Of a DNA stretch of 64,000 nt, positions 43,181 to 57,349 are shown piece by piece. The notes under the pieces are model-generated. The model was not told the DNA's origin. It saw nothing but the letters and a program-made list of their open reading frames with translations, and ran no database searches. Source of the DNA: Eledone cirrhosa (taxonomy: Eukaryota); contig OZ024745.1 of NCBI GenBank assembly GCA_964016885.1, forward strand, positions 104,408,001 through 104,472,000, read 5' to 3'. The position numbers and the translations under genes were made by a program. Within the stretch, counting starts at the first letter, position 1. The number at the start of each line of letters is the position of its first letter.

Positions 43181-43313
43181 GTACACATATATATATGTAC
43201 GTATCAGTTTAGCGGACGTTTATTATAACGCTCGCTTTGTCCGTTTGTTAACAAGTTAGTTGCTACTAAGAGTGAGAAATGAAATTTCGTTTCATTCTAT
43301 TCCAACTTATATA

Positions 43314-43354
<41 letters not shown>

Positions 43355-43527
43355 TATATATATATTGTTATACTTTGGGGAGGGGGGAGGGTCATGTTGC
43401 CAATAAGAAACACACGCATGTGTGTTTCTTATTGGCAACATGACCCTCCCAAAGTATAAGAATATCGGTTTCAACACACGTTTTTAGATAAAGAATCTTG
43501 CTAAACAAATTCAGAAACGAAATATAT

Positions 43528-43605
<78 letters not shown>

Positions 43606-43784
43606 GGGAGAACAAGTTATCGTTATAGGTAATCCAGTTAGAGGTTGTGAGTACTCTGCGTCGTGGATAGTTTTAACGTACGGCTTTGTTTGACTCAACA
43701 AGATGCTTCCATAGTTATGCAGCGAGTACGCGATAATTTCTATGCAGGTTATACTTGGAGTAATAATAGTACGTAGATATCTAC

Positions 43785-43895
43785 GTACTCTGATGTGTTG
43801 ACCAGAGGTAAATAATGTATTGGAGATCGAATGACGCAACTTCAAGCGATTAGCGAACTCTAGACTCACCTGATCAACGAAACAATTGTCAGTAC
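43785..43895 (+). ncRNA. hammerhead ribozyme variant with long stem II (core CTGATGT)
   Basis: gtact/agtac stem I, gttgaccag/ctgatcaac stem II, GAAA-caattg-TC. Confidence 0.6.
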
Positions 43896-43945
43896 TTTAA
43901 ATAAAGCCCCTTATTGTACAGTCAACCATGTTACTCTTCATTCTT

Positions 43946-44048
<103 letters not shown>

Positions 44049-44070
44049 AAGCAAATTATAAACGTAAACA

Positions 44071-44277
44071 TGTAAGTACGTTTTTGAAACGGTGCGCGAG
44101 TTTGAAATTAGAAATTATAAGCTTTCACCGTATTTTAGACTAAAGAAATTTCTAGCCTGATAGTGGGGTTTATAACCCTCAGGGAAATGGAAAAAGATGA
44201 GTGTTGCCGTACATGGGTTATAAACCCCACTATCAGGCTAGAAATTTCTTTAGTCTAAAATACGGTGAAAGCTTATA

Positions 44278-44281
<4 letters not shown>
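44071..44281. mobile_element. fold-back copy of the tRNA-bearing family, truncated at the tRNA 3' end
   Basis: Arms about 44112-44178 and 44215-44281; tail as at 20226. Confidence 0.7.
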
Positions 44282-44317
<36 letters not shown>

Positions 44318-44557
44318 TAGCGAGAATCGTATTTCGGCTATTGGAAATTAGCGAAAAACAACTTCCGAGATGTGTGGCAAGCGCTCCATAGAAGCTAGTG
44401 AACTAGAGCAACAACGTAAGTTAAAATGCCAAACACACTGAGACGATGGTAAAACCATTATCCGCACAGCCATAGAAATGACCAAGCAATTCGGGTCAAA
44501 CAAATAATAAAATATGATTGAAAATTATACTGTGACCCCTGGAAACGTTGGTAAGAT

Positions 44558-44605
<48 letters not shown>

Positions 44606-44608
<3 letters not shown>

Positions 44609-47345
44609 TTGCGAGGTTTTTGATATGAAATAGTGTGTCGAAAAAGATATTGTTATACTTGGGGAGGGTCATATTTTAGTAATAACATTGCCAGAATTAA
44701 TAACAAATAGATGACGAGACAGAGGCACAGTTCATCATAGCTAGAAATAAGATTAGACAAATAGTAAACCGATATACTAAGAGACAAAGCAGAGGTCCAA
44801 CAACTTGGAAGGAAACCTGTAGAAGGCTTAGTTAGCCTCAATCACCGCACAAGGGATGGTGAAGTAGTATGTCTACCCACGGATACGTCTGGTAGGATGT
44901 CAGTAGACAGCATCCCGAACTACATCAAGGCTATGTAACCCTACATCTCCAACACGAGCGAAACTACGCAACAAACACATGAGGGGAGAGAGAAGATCCT
45001 CAACGCTCACATGATGATGTGGACCGACATCCTAAAGCCAAGCAGACGCACTGCCAACAACTTCCAGGCGTCTAACAATGGCATACCACCCGTGTATGGT
45101 CTCCGCAAAGACCATAAGACAGTCGACGACCCGACAACGGACGACCAATAAGACCCGTATGCGGAGCCAATATCGCTAGCAACTACAGGATCTCCTACTT
45201 CCTCTCAATGGTTATACGCCCCATAATCAAGATGTCCCCAGATGTATGTGACAGTACAGAGGACCTCCGCAGCAGAATCAATGAATGCAACAAAAACAAA
45301 AACCTATCTAACTGCATAATAGGCAGTACGGACGTGGTATCACTGTACCCATCCATTAACATTGATTTTGCTGTGGAAAAATGTGTGGAGATGATCATTG
45401 AGAGTGAGGTGGAGTTCTGCGACGTCGACTCAGACGAACTGGGCCTCCTACTTTGACTTACCTATGACACCGACTACCTAGACAGCCATGACCTTAGCCG
45501 TTTCTGTCCCAGTAGACCCATAAGAGGTAGACCCCCCCTCCACCACCATAATCTCAATGACAAAAACGACTCCCATGGGAAGATGGATTGGGTGGACCAA
45601 AGCCATACGGACCGCCTAAAACAATGATCAGGTAAGAAAAATGGTCGCGCATGCAATAGGGGCTGTATTAAAACTACTCTAAAGGGCCACATATTCAAAT
45701 TCAACGAGAAGATCTACACCCAAAATGAGGGAGCCGCCATTGGCGTCAGCATAGCTGATGACGTTGCCAACCTTTTTATGGTATGGTGGGAAAGGAGACT
45801 CAAAGATCTCCTTGATGAGAGCTCCATAGACCTCATCATGTACTCATGTTACGTAGACGACATTAATATAGTAATAAGGACACCCCTACAAGAGAGTACT
45901 AACAAGTATGATTTAGAATGTAGCTCAATGGAATGCATCCAGCAGATAGCTAATTCCATACACCAGAGTATAACTGTAACTATCGACTACCCTTCCAAAC
46001 ATCCTAACAATAGACTACATGTATTAGACACGGAACTCTGGATTAACACTATAGACGAGAGGACCCAAATTCTCAACTCACACTACGCTAAGCCCATGGC
46101 ATCCAAATACCTGATACTCAAAAGCTCAGCAATGTCCAGTAGTGCTAAGTTTAATATTCTGATCGCAGACTTGGTACGAGTGATGAAGAACGTGTCCCGC
46201 ATGTGCGACCCAACAGAAAGGGAAAGACACATCCAACACTTCATCGACCGCATGCAGTTCTCTGGCTACAACCAAAGAGACAGAATCAGAGTATACGAAG
46301 GAGCCACGGAGAAGTATAAGACCCTCATAGAACTGGACATGAAAGAAATTTTCCCATTATACAGGAGAAAATCATGGAATAGCTTAGATAGGACTAAACA
46401 TAAGATAGGGAAAGCCACCTCATAGTACGACAACTAGAGATACCAGAGTGTCATGTTCGTGGACGTTACCCCTGGAGGGAAATTAGCTAACCAGTGTAGA
46501 AAGGCCCTGAGAAAGACCCACTTAAAGATTAAAGTGGTAGAAAAGCCAGGAACTACCATAAAATCCCTGATCAGCAAAACATACCCTTTTAAGAAAACCC
46601 ACTGTACTAATAGGAAATGTATTATATATAAAGTAAACCGCCGGATAAATTGTAAAGCTAGAAACGTAGTCTATAACATAAGATGTACAGAGAGTACTTA
46701 CAGAATCATGACAACAACATACATAGGCGAGACAGCTCGTAGCATAGGTGAAAGGATAGACCAACACTGGGGGGTACTAAAAGGACTATACGAACACGCC
46801 AGACAACAACATGACGGTAACATAGACAACATAGAAATTAAAGTAATATCTAAACATAGAAATGACCCAGCAGATCAGCAAATCAGAGAGGCTAGTGAAA
46901 TAGAACTTAAAATGCAAAGCTAAATAGAAAAAATGAATGGAATAACAATACTGACTTAAGAGAAATATAAATAAATAAATAAATAAATAAATATATACAC
47001 AAGCACAATAACAACAAACACATATAAGCACACACTAGTAAACTAAGATAGAATACAATAACCAAAACACAGTCACCCAAACGCGAACACGCACCAAACA
47101 CTATATACACACGCAAACGCATGCACAGAGAAGAAGACAAAAATAAATAAATAAATAAAGAAAGAAAGAAACAGATTAAATAAAGATGACGTAAATATAC
47201 ACTACAACAGGAGGAACATAATAGCACCACTGACGATGTTGCAGATGTGCAACGAAAGAACTTTGTTAGACTATATATATGTGTTTATATCTATATTATA
47301 TCTGTATTTTTGACCGTTGGTCAGTCAATGGTAAACATTGAGGAC
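44606..47345 (+). mobile_element. Penelope-like element (RT + GIY-YIG), disrupted, with an inverted 5' tail arm
   Basis: STDVVSLYPSI, GAAIG, YVDDINI, then NVVYNIRC..YIGETARSIGERIDQH; stops and frameshifts; 3' pLTR with hammerhead; 44606-44705 is an inverted pLTR end plus tail. Confidence 0.9.
47225..47268 (+). ncRNA. minimal type I hammerhead ribozyme in a PLE pLTR (homolog at 53482-53525 -)
   Basis: CTGACGA-t-gttgca/tgcaac-GAAA-gaac-TT; stem I imperfect. Confidence 0.7.
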
Positions 47346-47349
47346 CGAA

Positions 47350-48182
47350 TGAATTAAAAACACTTATTAGCAAGACATACCCTTTTCAAAGACCCTCATG
47401 TATAGATAAGAAATGTATAACCTGTAAAATAAGCCCCATATTAACTGTAAAACTAAAAATGTAGTGTATAGCATAAGATTACTGAAGGACAATGTAGAGA
47501 CAAAAATATAGTGTACATAGGTGAGACAGCTCGTAGTGTAGGGGAACGGATAAATGAACACTGGCGAGACCTTCAAGATAATAAAGAATCATCTGTACTC
47601 TACCAACATGCTAAAATAGAACACAAGGGTAAATTAGAGAACATAGAAATAAAAATAGAATCTACACACAGAAAAGACGCAATGTTTAGACAAATTACAG
47701 AGGCAATAAACATAACATAAAAGAATTACAACCAAAATTAAATAGAAAATATGAGTGGAACAGCAACATCACAACTTACAATTAAGGACAAAATGAAAAC
47801 ACACACACACATAGAACAAACAACAAACCAACAACATGTAAATAAATAAACAAATAAATAAATGAACATAAACACACACAGACACCCGGATGTGGCGCAT
47901 GCGCAGACTGAGCACACAACACACACACAGAAACAAAATGGCATAGGACAGAACAAAGGAGAGGCACAGAAACAAAGAAAGGAATCCCCAGTCACTGAAG
48001 AGGTCACAGAGTGTGTGACGAAAGAACTATGACTATATATAAACAACTATCTGGTTGTGGAACCAACCAACCAACCAGAAATTTATAAATTTATAAATTT
48101 ATTATAAATTTACTATAATAAATTGAAGTGAAAGCAACTGGTGCGTGTGTTTCTTATTGGCAACATGACCCTCCCAAATTAT

Positions 48183-48190
<8 letters not shown>
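47350..48190 (+). mobile_element. related PLE 3' fragment (GIY-YIG + pLTR)
   Basis: YIGETARSVGERINEH...RQITEAI; pLTR matches the family I arm. Confidence 0.85.
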
Positions 48191-48277
<87 letters not shown>

Positions 48278-48512
48278 TGTTGATTTATATATATCTAGAG
48301 AGAGATATAGATATGTTGATTTAAAACTGCACTATTCACAAGTGTGTTTTAACCTTCATATCATGTCTCCCTATTTTATCTGACGAAAACGCAAATGTTA
48401 TTGCATGATGATATTTATTTTTGAAATGCGCATAATAAAATACATGGAACTCTTTTAACCATCTTTTGATCTTATATATTATATATATATATATATATAG
48501 TTATATATAGTT

Positions 48513-50436
48513 ATAAGGAGCGCGATAATAAAAAGTTACAGTATCGTGAGATATATATGCACCTGCTTTTGGCAAATAATTATCTGTATCGTCTCTCTCT
48601 ATACCTCTTCTTCTCTCTATTCTCTCTCACGATATTGTAACTTTTTATTATCGCGCTCCTTTCAGTAGAGCCCAATACTTTGCTTGCCATCATGTTGGAG
48701 AAACAACCGTTACTTATGTCTCTCAAGTCTATACCTATACCTAGCAGAAAAACATACCTTAAGCAACTCATTGCTGCCACAAACTCGTTTATACGTAGAG
48801 TAAGATGGAAGGCCTACCACTTGGATAAGGAGACGGGTAATCTTCCTGTACCTAAAGAAAGGTACGGCTTCAAGACGTACCGGAACCCGCCGCACAACAC
48901 CTTGCTGGACTCCTTTGAAGAATACTTACTCAATTTGATCAGAAATATAACGTTTAAGAACAAATGCCAATGCAGTAATCCATTCCTGACCTCCCTTGGA
49001 CTCTCTTATCACTAAGATCAGGAACGACACCTTTTCGTTGCCTCTGACAAAACTAAGAACCTATATAAGCTGGATGTAAGCAAGTACAGACAATTCATTT
49101 ATAACGAATTAAACAAAAACTACAAAAAACACCTATTAGTACTTTAAATTACATTAATAGAGTAGGTAAAGATATTGTTACTAGCTTAGATATAGATAAG
49201 TACACTAACCCCTATGTTCCTATGACACCTAGATTCTCTCTTAAAGATCACAAATGTAATTTTAATGAAAGCCCCTCTATTAGATTAATATGTCCCTCTA
49301 CTTCAGATATAGGTAGGATTAGCAAAGTGATCATTGATAGAATAATACCCGAACTCAATAGCAAAACTAAGGTCTATCTCTGGAACAACACCGACCAGGT
49401 CATTAATTGGTTCACTGAGCTGCCTGGTAAGGCAGCTCTAAAATTCATCCAGTTTGACAAAGATAATTACTATGCCTCTATTTCCCCCATACTCTTAAAT
49501 AAGGCCCTTATCTTAGCTAGATCTAACATTAGTCTCACTAAAAAAGAGATAGATATAGTACTGGCAGCGCGAAGAACTATTATTCACTTCGAGGGTTCCC
49601 ACTGAACCAGAACCAACCGTCCCGATAACTTTGATATTACGATGGGGGTCTAGTGACTCGGCGCAGGCAACCGACCTGGTCGGCATTTACCTCCTACACG
49701 CCCTATTTACCGTTAGGAACCATAGCCCCCGTGGGATAGAGAATCTTAACAAACGTATACACAAGTTCTTAAGTCTAGGACTAATGTTATAATGAGCCAT
49801 ATCTATAACCAACGACACCGCGGCCACACTAGTGTAACTAATCGTAGAATAAATACTCGTACCAATAAATACGGCCCACATAGTAACTACAAAGGTAGCA
49901 GGACAGGCGGATTACCACACCTAAAGTATCATAGTCCGGTTAATAGTAGCAACTGCAGCCTACTTGAATTATTCCCTGCTTACATGCTTAATAAATGTAA
50001 TGGCCTATTACCTACACCTTCTAACCTGCCTACGGCTACTCCGTACCACCACACAGGGACAACTTGTGCACCCAGGCATAACGCCAACAAATTGCACATT
50101 AGGCAGCAATCCATTAGCAATGATAAGAACGGATACCCCGACAACACTGCCCCTAGTAAACCCAGAACTACGCGTAACCGCCAACGTAATGTCCATCTCC
50201 CTTACTCTCGGAGTGTGGCCTCCAACTTACCTAAAATCTTCTTGAAGGCCTTAGAGAGAAACTTCCCACCTAACCATAAATACAGAAAATTCCTCAATAA
50301 GAATAACGTAAAAATCTCCTTCTCCACTACACACGATCTAGCGGACGGCGCCGTAACATACGACGTACGCACGGTACCACCCTGGGCGTCCATAGCTATG
50401 GTAATGCTAACGACAATAATAGTAGCCGTTGTGCTG

Positions 50437-50533
<97 letters not shown>

Positions 50534-53095
50534 GGAGGGGACAGTAGGCCAGGGGATGTCCAAGGAGGAAATAACATCAAGGAGGAAGAGCAGCCTTAAG
50601 GGAAAATCCCTTCATAGTACCTTCTTTGAGAAAACTGAATTTAGAGATCCACAGACATGGAACTGGTTGAGAAGAGGAGACCTCAAAAAGGCTACAGAAG
50701 GAATGCTAATGGCTGCGCAGGAGCAGGCCCTCAAAACGAAGTGGTTGAAGCACCATATCTACAAGGAGGAGGCTAGCCCACTGTGCAGGATCTGTGGAGA
50801 GAGAGAGGAGACTGTGGCTCACATTGTGTCCGAGTGTAAACACCTAGCCCAGACCCACTATAAGGGCTGGAGACACGATGTGATGGGCAGGGTGATCCAC
50901 TGGCACCTGTGCAAAGTAAACAATTTACCACATTCTGAGAAATGGTATGAGCATAGGCCAGAGGCGGTGATGGAGAACAATCAGGTGAAGGTGCTGTGGG
51001 ATTTTAGGATACAGACGGACAAAAAACTGGAAGACAATAGACCTGACCTGGTGGTTGTGGACAAAGAAAAAAGATCGTGCCTGATTGTGGATGTGGCCTG
51101 CCCGTTCGACACGAGAGTGCAAGAGAAGGAGAGGGAGAAAATTAACCGATACCAGGACCTAAAGTGGGAGGTGAAAAGGATTTGGAACTGCCATGAAGTC
51201 AAAGTGATCCCGATTGTCATAGGCGCACTGGGGACTATCTCCAAAAGTTTCCAGGGATGGTTAAAGAAAATCGGCCCCTTCACGCTTTTTGGAACGCTTC
51301 AAAAGGCATGCTTGCTTGGAACAGCAAGAACCCTCCGATACGTCCTGAATATCTGAGGCTGCAGGTAGTGGCTTGATATTCAATCCAACGGACTTTCCAG
51401 TTAACCAACATCAATGACTGAGATTCAAGGAATAACAATAACAATAATAATAATAATTATGCTTTCTTTATTAACCACAAGGGCTTACATAAAGTAGACA
51501 TTAAGACATTAATTGTTTCTACTTTTGGGTCAAGGCCAGCAAATACCCAGTACATTACTGGTACTTTATTTTATCGACCCCGTAAGGATGAAAGGCAAAG
51601 TTGACCTCGGCGGGATTTGAACTCAGCATGGAAAGGGCCGTAATTCTATGCGTCAAAGCATGACGTCCGACCCTCTACCGATACTGCCAATCCAATAATA
51701 ATAACATTACGGTGGATACTAAAAACCACCACCTTAGAGGTGACCGTAGTAAGCACTGCAACTGTCGTGACCCTGCTAACAGTCCACTCCGAGGCTACTG
51801 CGTAACTAAAAATGTTATCTATAGATGTACTGTTACTAGTCATAATAGTGTCAAGTATTACATAGGGGCCACCTCTGGGTCGTTCAAGACTAGATTTCGA
51901 GCGCATCTCCCCTCTTTTAGGAATAGGAAGCTAAGATACTCTACATCCCTCGCCAATTACATCACCCAATTAAACGACTCTAGCATTAGCTTCTCCACTT
52001 ATTGGGAAATTGTCAACCAGGCAACACCCTACAACTTCAAGAAATACTGCCAGCTCTGTCTTGTGGAGCTGTACTATATAGTGCAAGCACCCCTGGATCT
52101 CATCAACAGTCGAGCCGAAGCCGTCATCAATTGCGGCCATACACTACAACAGTCCTTCTATAGATGGACCCCGGACAATACTCAAACACCATAACACCAG
52201 GGCCTCTTACACCGCACCTTGGCAGGACTTAAAACGGTGGGTTAAAAATTAAACATCTGTGAACAATACTATTATCCAGCCCCGGTCGTCCCTCAAGGGT
52301 GTCCCACTACATATGTTCAGACCGGATTACCTCGTCGTATTCTTCCACACTAATCGACTAAACTTTGAGTAACTTTGCAGAATTGATGATTATACCCTTT
52401 GAACACTGTGGACGTATGATCATGTAATTATGCAGGGTCCAACCTTTATGGCTTTACTTTTCTCGGCGGTTAAGCCTCCGTTAAAATTGCAGCTTTATAC
52501 TAACTAAAACTGGTGTATAGTCTTTAATGACCTTAATCATATTTAACACTCACATTCATACCTTAACAGTGCCTCATTAAATTGACTTGACAAAGCATAA
52601 TTAAATTAGCACATTGTAACTAGAAGTAGGGGAATAACAAATATTTTGTAATAGCGGACTTTAATTTAGCAGATAACTCTAACACCGAAATTACCTCCCT
52701 TTGTTCATAAATGTAAACGTAAACACTAAGTTCTGTTACACTAGGGTATGAATGTCGATGTTAAAATCTTACTCATACCCGTACAGGGTTCATTATTAAA
52801 TTGGCAGTATCGGTAGAGGGTCGGACGCCATGCTTTCCAGCATAGTTACGTCCCTTTACGATCTGAGTTCAAATCCCGCCGAGGTTGACTTTGCCTTTCA
52901 TCCTTACGGGGTCGATAAAATAAAGTACCAGTAATGCACTGGATAATTGCTGGCCTTGTGCCTAAAGTAGAAACAATTATTAAATTCTTTATTTCTTTAT
53001 AAGCCTCTGAAGAGCCCCATTGGGCATGACGTGTGTAAGAGCTTTTTATAAATGTATTTTAACGGCTTGCTTCTCTTTCATCAACTTCTTCGATT
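48513..53095 (+). mobile_element. Penelope-like element (second subgroup), internally deleted and nested
   Basis: LKDHK.NF..PSIRLICP, FD.DNYYASI, DSAQATDLVG; GIY-YIG at 51712-52194 (NVIYRC..YYIGAT..FKTRFRAH); short 5' inverted repeat 48515-48550 / 48625-48661; degenerate hammerhead near 53001-53045. Confidence 0.85.
50534..51440 (+). mobile_element. R4/Dong-like non-LTR element, 5'-truncated, in (TAA)n
   Basis: Uninterrupted 266-aa frame with CCHC knuckle CRICGEREETVAHIVSEC and endonuclease RPD..DV..P..EK..Y; (TAA)n on both sides. Confidence 0.9.
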
Positions 53096-53096
53096 A

Positions 53097-53203
<107 letters not shown>

Positions 53204-53263
53204 GTAGTTAAGTATGAAATTCGTAGAAATTTGTTTTTTTCTACAAATTTCATACTTGACGAC

Positions 53264-53296
<33 letters not shown>

Positions 53297-53298
<2 letters not shown>

Positions 53299-53590
53299 GG
53301 AGGGTCATATTGTTGTAATAATATTGCCAGAAATAATAACAGAACACACTCACTGTTTGGTTGGTTTTCGCTTCTGTATCATTTATATCTCCACAGTTGA
53401 TTCATTTGGTCCTCAATGTTTATCATTGACTGACCAAGGGTCAAAAATACAGATATAATAAACACATATATATATATAGTCTAACAAAGTTCTTTCGTTG
53501 CACATCTGCAACATCATCAGTGGTACTATTATGTTCCTCCTGTTGTATTGTATGTCTACGCCATTTCATATCAAAAACCTCGCAAAACAA
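53297..53590. mobile_element. pLTR fold-back remnant of the 44606-47345 PLE
   Basis: Minus pLTR with hammerhead followed by the plus-oriented tail TTTCATATCAAAAACCTCGCAAAACA. Confidence 0.75.
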
Positions 53591-53836
53591 ATATATATAT
53601 ATATATATATACAAAATTTAGTACAGCATCATCGAAGCTCTGGTTGCAGCCAAGGTAACGAATGCAATCTCGGTGTGCAGCTAAGCACTCAATAGGGTAT
53701 ATTACCCTAGAGTTATAACATTACGTTTAGACAGCGACAGATAGACGGGCCGCACTGACCATAGCGACGAAAGAAACTGAACTCAGGGTAAAATTTGACT
53801 AACCTGGACCGTCGCGTCGACATCATACACAACACA

Positions 53837-53904
<68 letters not shown>

Positions 53905-53996
53905 CTGTTTCTACTTTAGGCACAAGGTCAGCAATTACCCAGTGCATTACTGGTACTTTATTTTATCGACCCCGTAAGGATGAAAGGCAAAATATA

Positions 53997-54152
53997 TAAC
54001 AAAGGAACTGTTGTAATGAACCAGATGGACCATAACGCACCAGAGTACTCAATACTTAGAGCTCAAGCCGTTTCGACGGCTATTTCTGGACTAGTCCAGA
54101 AATAGCCGTCGAAACGGCTTGAGCTCTGCCGTCGGGGTCATACTTTTTCCTA
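53997..54152 (-). mobile_element. fold-back element, family D
   Basis: Contains a perfect 70-bp palindrome 54058-54127 centred on CTGGACTAGTCCAG. Confidence 0.8.
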
Positions 54153-54171
54153 TATATATATATATATATAT

Positions 54172-56150
54172 GGAGAAAAAATTTACGAAATGGAAATGCG
54201 GGTATATAGAATTTATTAGGTAACAATTGTTTCTATAGTGTATGAGTTACCTATACCTCGCTACTTGAATAATACACAAATATTATCAAAAACCGAAAGT
54301 ACACTGTAAGCCAACACACCATGTCATCAGACCTTTGTATTAGAATGATATGAAAATATTTTATACACTAGATAAAAGATAAAGAAGGAGGTAGGAAGAG
54401 AAGGGGAAGAGGGAAGTGAGTAAGGTGGAGGGAGTCTTAGGGTTTAAGACTGTCAGACTAGTAGAGATTGTGAAGAGAGAATGTTTTGGCAGCAGTTAGC
54501 TTAATGAGGCGTGCAAAGGTTGGCTGGGAAGTAGATTATTCTAGTGGTGTTGTTCGGACAAAATTTAGTTAGAGGGGTCAAAGTAGTACAGTGTCACAGA
54601 CAAGTTATTAGGGCTATTATAGTAGCAGGTTATTTCTAAAGGGGTCCAGAAAAACAGTGTTTAGTACTATTATTATAGAAAGCCATATCTAGTGTATAAA
54701 CATATAAGACAGAAATTTGCAAACGTTGGTGTAAAAAGGTAACATTATATGCATTTAAAAAAAGAAAAAGTCGTTTTCAAACGATGGTTACAATATAGAG
54801 AACGTTCAATTTTGCTGTTCAAAAGTTTGTTTACCGACGTTAAAATGCAGTATATCTCTAAATTGCATAACTTGCAGAATCGATGATTTTGCTGATATGC
54901 AGGCGCAGCTGCAATAATTTGCAATCAAGGGAGAACGCTTGATTGTTCCTCCGAAGCTGCCAGGCTTTATCGGCGAGAGTTGTTACGGGGCGCATTTTCT
55001 CGTGCCTGATCGAAGATCGATGTTGGTATAGGCGAGCCTTGAAAGACGTTGCGGTACATCCTACGTAATACCATTTGTTGGTCCCGGAATTTATTGTACA
55101 CCGGTAGACAATATTGCGTGCTAGGCACTGGTTATTCAGTGGGCACATACCTGGTTTGGTGCAGTTACAACTATTTTTATGTTTTGCAGTAGAATCCTGG
55201 ATAGTTTGGTGGGGTTGTGGTTGCGTGTTAGTGCGTTGTATGTTGCTATGCTGGTGCGCTGAGTCATTAGGGATGTACTTATTCAGTATTGCTGAGTTGA
55301 GTTTTCTAATTAGTTGTTCTATGTTAGGTGCAGTGGAGTATGAGAGTCTAATGGTGCGCGAGTTAAAGATTTTATAGTATTTATGTGAAGTTGTAAAGTG
55401 TTTATTGATTAGTGTATAGAATTGTGAGATAATCTTAGTGCTAATAGAAGAATTGTACACGGGGTTATACCATATGTACTCTCTACGTCTGACTCTATTT
55501 GCTGGTTTGCACCTGTTAGTATGCCTATTGATGTGTGTGTGTGTGGTGCAATACTAGTTCGACTTAGATGTGTTTTATTCATAGTACTTATGTGGTTATC
55601 GTCTAGATATTCAATTTTCTCGCAGTAACCAGCTTTTCTAAGTGCGTCATTATAATATTCAGCATGCTCGTTGAAGGTCTGCAAATTAGACGACAGTCGG
55701 GAGATCCTTATGGATATAGTTTTAGGGATAGATTTAATAATGGAATGAGGATGGTTCGATTTTACATTAACGTACTTAAGATTTTCATTAAGTTTGTGAA
55801 ATGGCTCTATATTACCGTTATTAAGGTTGAAGGTGACATCCAAGAAGTTGACCACCTTAAGATTGTGTTCAAAGGTAATATTAAGCCCTAGTTCTAAGAA
55901 AAGTTTCCTAATGTTTTTACGTCACCTTTCTAGGTTTTGTTTGTTCATATTCTTGACTAATAGAAGTGTATCGTCGCGGTATATTCCGCCGTGGAGGTCA
56001 GTAAATTCGCTCTGGAGTCTATGGGCTATATAGATCCCAACCAAATCCGTGACCTCCGCCGAATCATTAGAACCCATCGTAATGTCGAATTCCGAGGGTC
56101 TATCCCTGCGGACCCAATAACTATTTTCAAAGTGCACTACTGTGCGTCTA
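54172..56150 (-). mobile_element. Penelope-like element, 5'-truncated
   Basis: FDITMGSNDSAEVTDLVG, GIYRDD, VNFLDVTFNL, NIVYRC..YYVGCT..FKARLYQH; pLTR hammerhead at 54218-54334 (-). Confidence 0.9.
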
Positions 56151-56189
56151 GCTTATATATATATATAAATATCTATATATATCTATCTA

Positions 56190-56432
56190 TATCCAAAATT
56201 AAAATAAATTAAATGAATTTAATCAAAATCGAAATTGTGGGTGTCACGCCATAACGGCGTGCGCCATATCGCCTGGAAATAAGCTCAAAGATATATCCGA
56301 CCATTTTATAATAACTAGAAATTGATTAACATATAAATATACATGAATAATCACAGGAGATAATTTTTACAAATTGTAAAAATTATCTCCTGTGATTATT
56401 CATGTATATTTATATGTTAATCAATTTCTAGT

Positions 56433-56439
<7 letters not shown>
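56190..56439. mobile_element. fold-back element with 66-bp perfect arms
   Basis: Palindrome 56307-56439 with a 1-nt centre, a left tail and TA flanks. Confidence 0.7.
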
Positions 56440-56483
<44 letters not shown>

Positions 56484-57349
56484 TCACTACCTCCTTACGG
56501 ACAACTGACGCTATACACCATATGTGAGATGGCTATGATATATACAGATAAAATAACATCATTAAAAAAATTATTCTTATATTATCAATCATTGACGAAA
56601 GGTTGCTAAAACAAATTATTTAAAAGATCTATGTTGCTAACAGCCTAGACAGAGAACCTTCTTCAACATAATCAATACGAAGTGTAATCAGTTACTAAGG
56701 AAGTATAAGTTCTATAATGAATATGACTTACAAAATAAACAAATCAATAATCCTCAGTCTATCGGCTGCGAGAAGTGATGGTGTAAAAAAAATAGACGAA
56801 TATAATTATGTAATAAAGCAAAAAGGAAAACATGTACAGTCACTTAATTATACATTACAACAGGAAATGGTAACGTTGCCTTCTACACACTACAACAGGA
56901 AATACTGGGGTTTCTCCTTAAAGAGATGTTGAGTCAACCGAAAACATGAACGACATTACCACGGTGAGTCGCTGGAATAATCAAACAACTTCTTGAATAT
57001 CATCTGAAACCTCTGTAAGATGGGCCGCCAGCAATGACAAAAGCTTCGTTGGCAATGACCTAGTTACCCAGTTACCCTGAATATCTCGAAAGCTAAAGAT
57101 TGATAATTGTAATTTACTGATAAATTACGGAAAATTACTGTGGTATATTTGTTGTTCTCCAACCGTATTACTAGTGCTCGCAAGATTCTCTCTCCAGAAA
57201 CAATATGGCGATTGAATAAAAGCTCTTATTATCGCAATCTATCGAGACGTCTACAAGTTAACAATTTTATTCAATCTTTATTCTCCACGAAGACATTACA
57301 ATTACTGGAAAAAGATGTTAAACAATTTCAGGGAAAAAGTAATTCTTGG

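Noticed and set aside
49792-50547. 251-aa ORF with a hydrophobic poly-Ile tail resembling a membrane protein
   Set aside because: PLE linker sequence reading into a (TAA)n tract.
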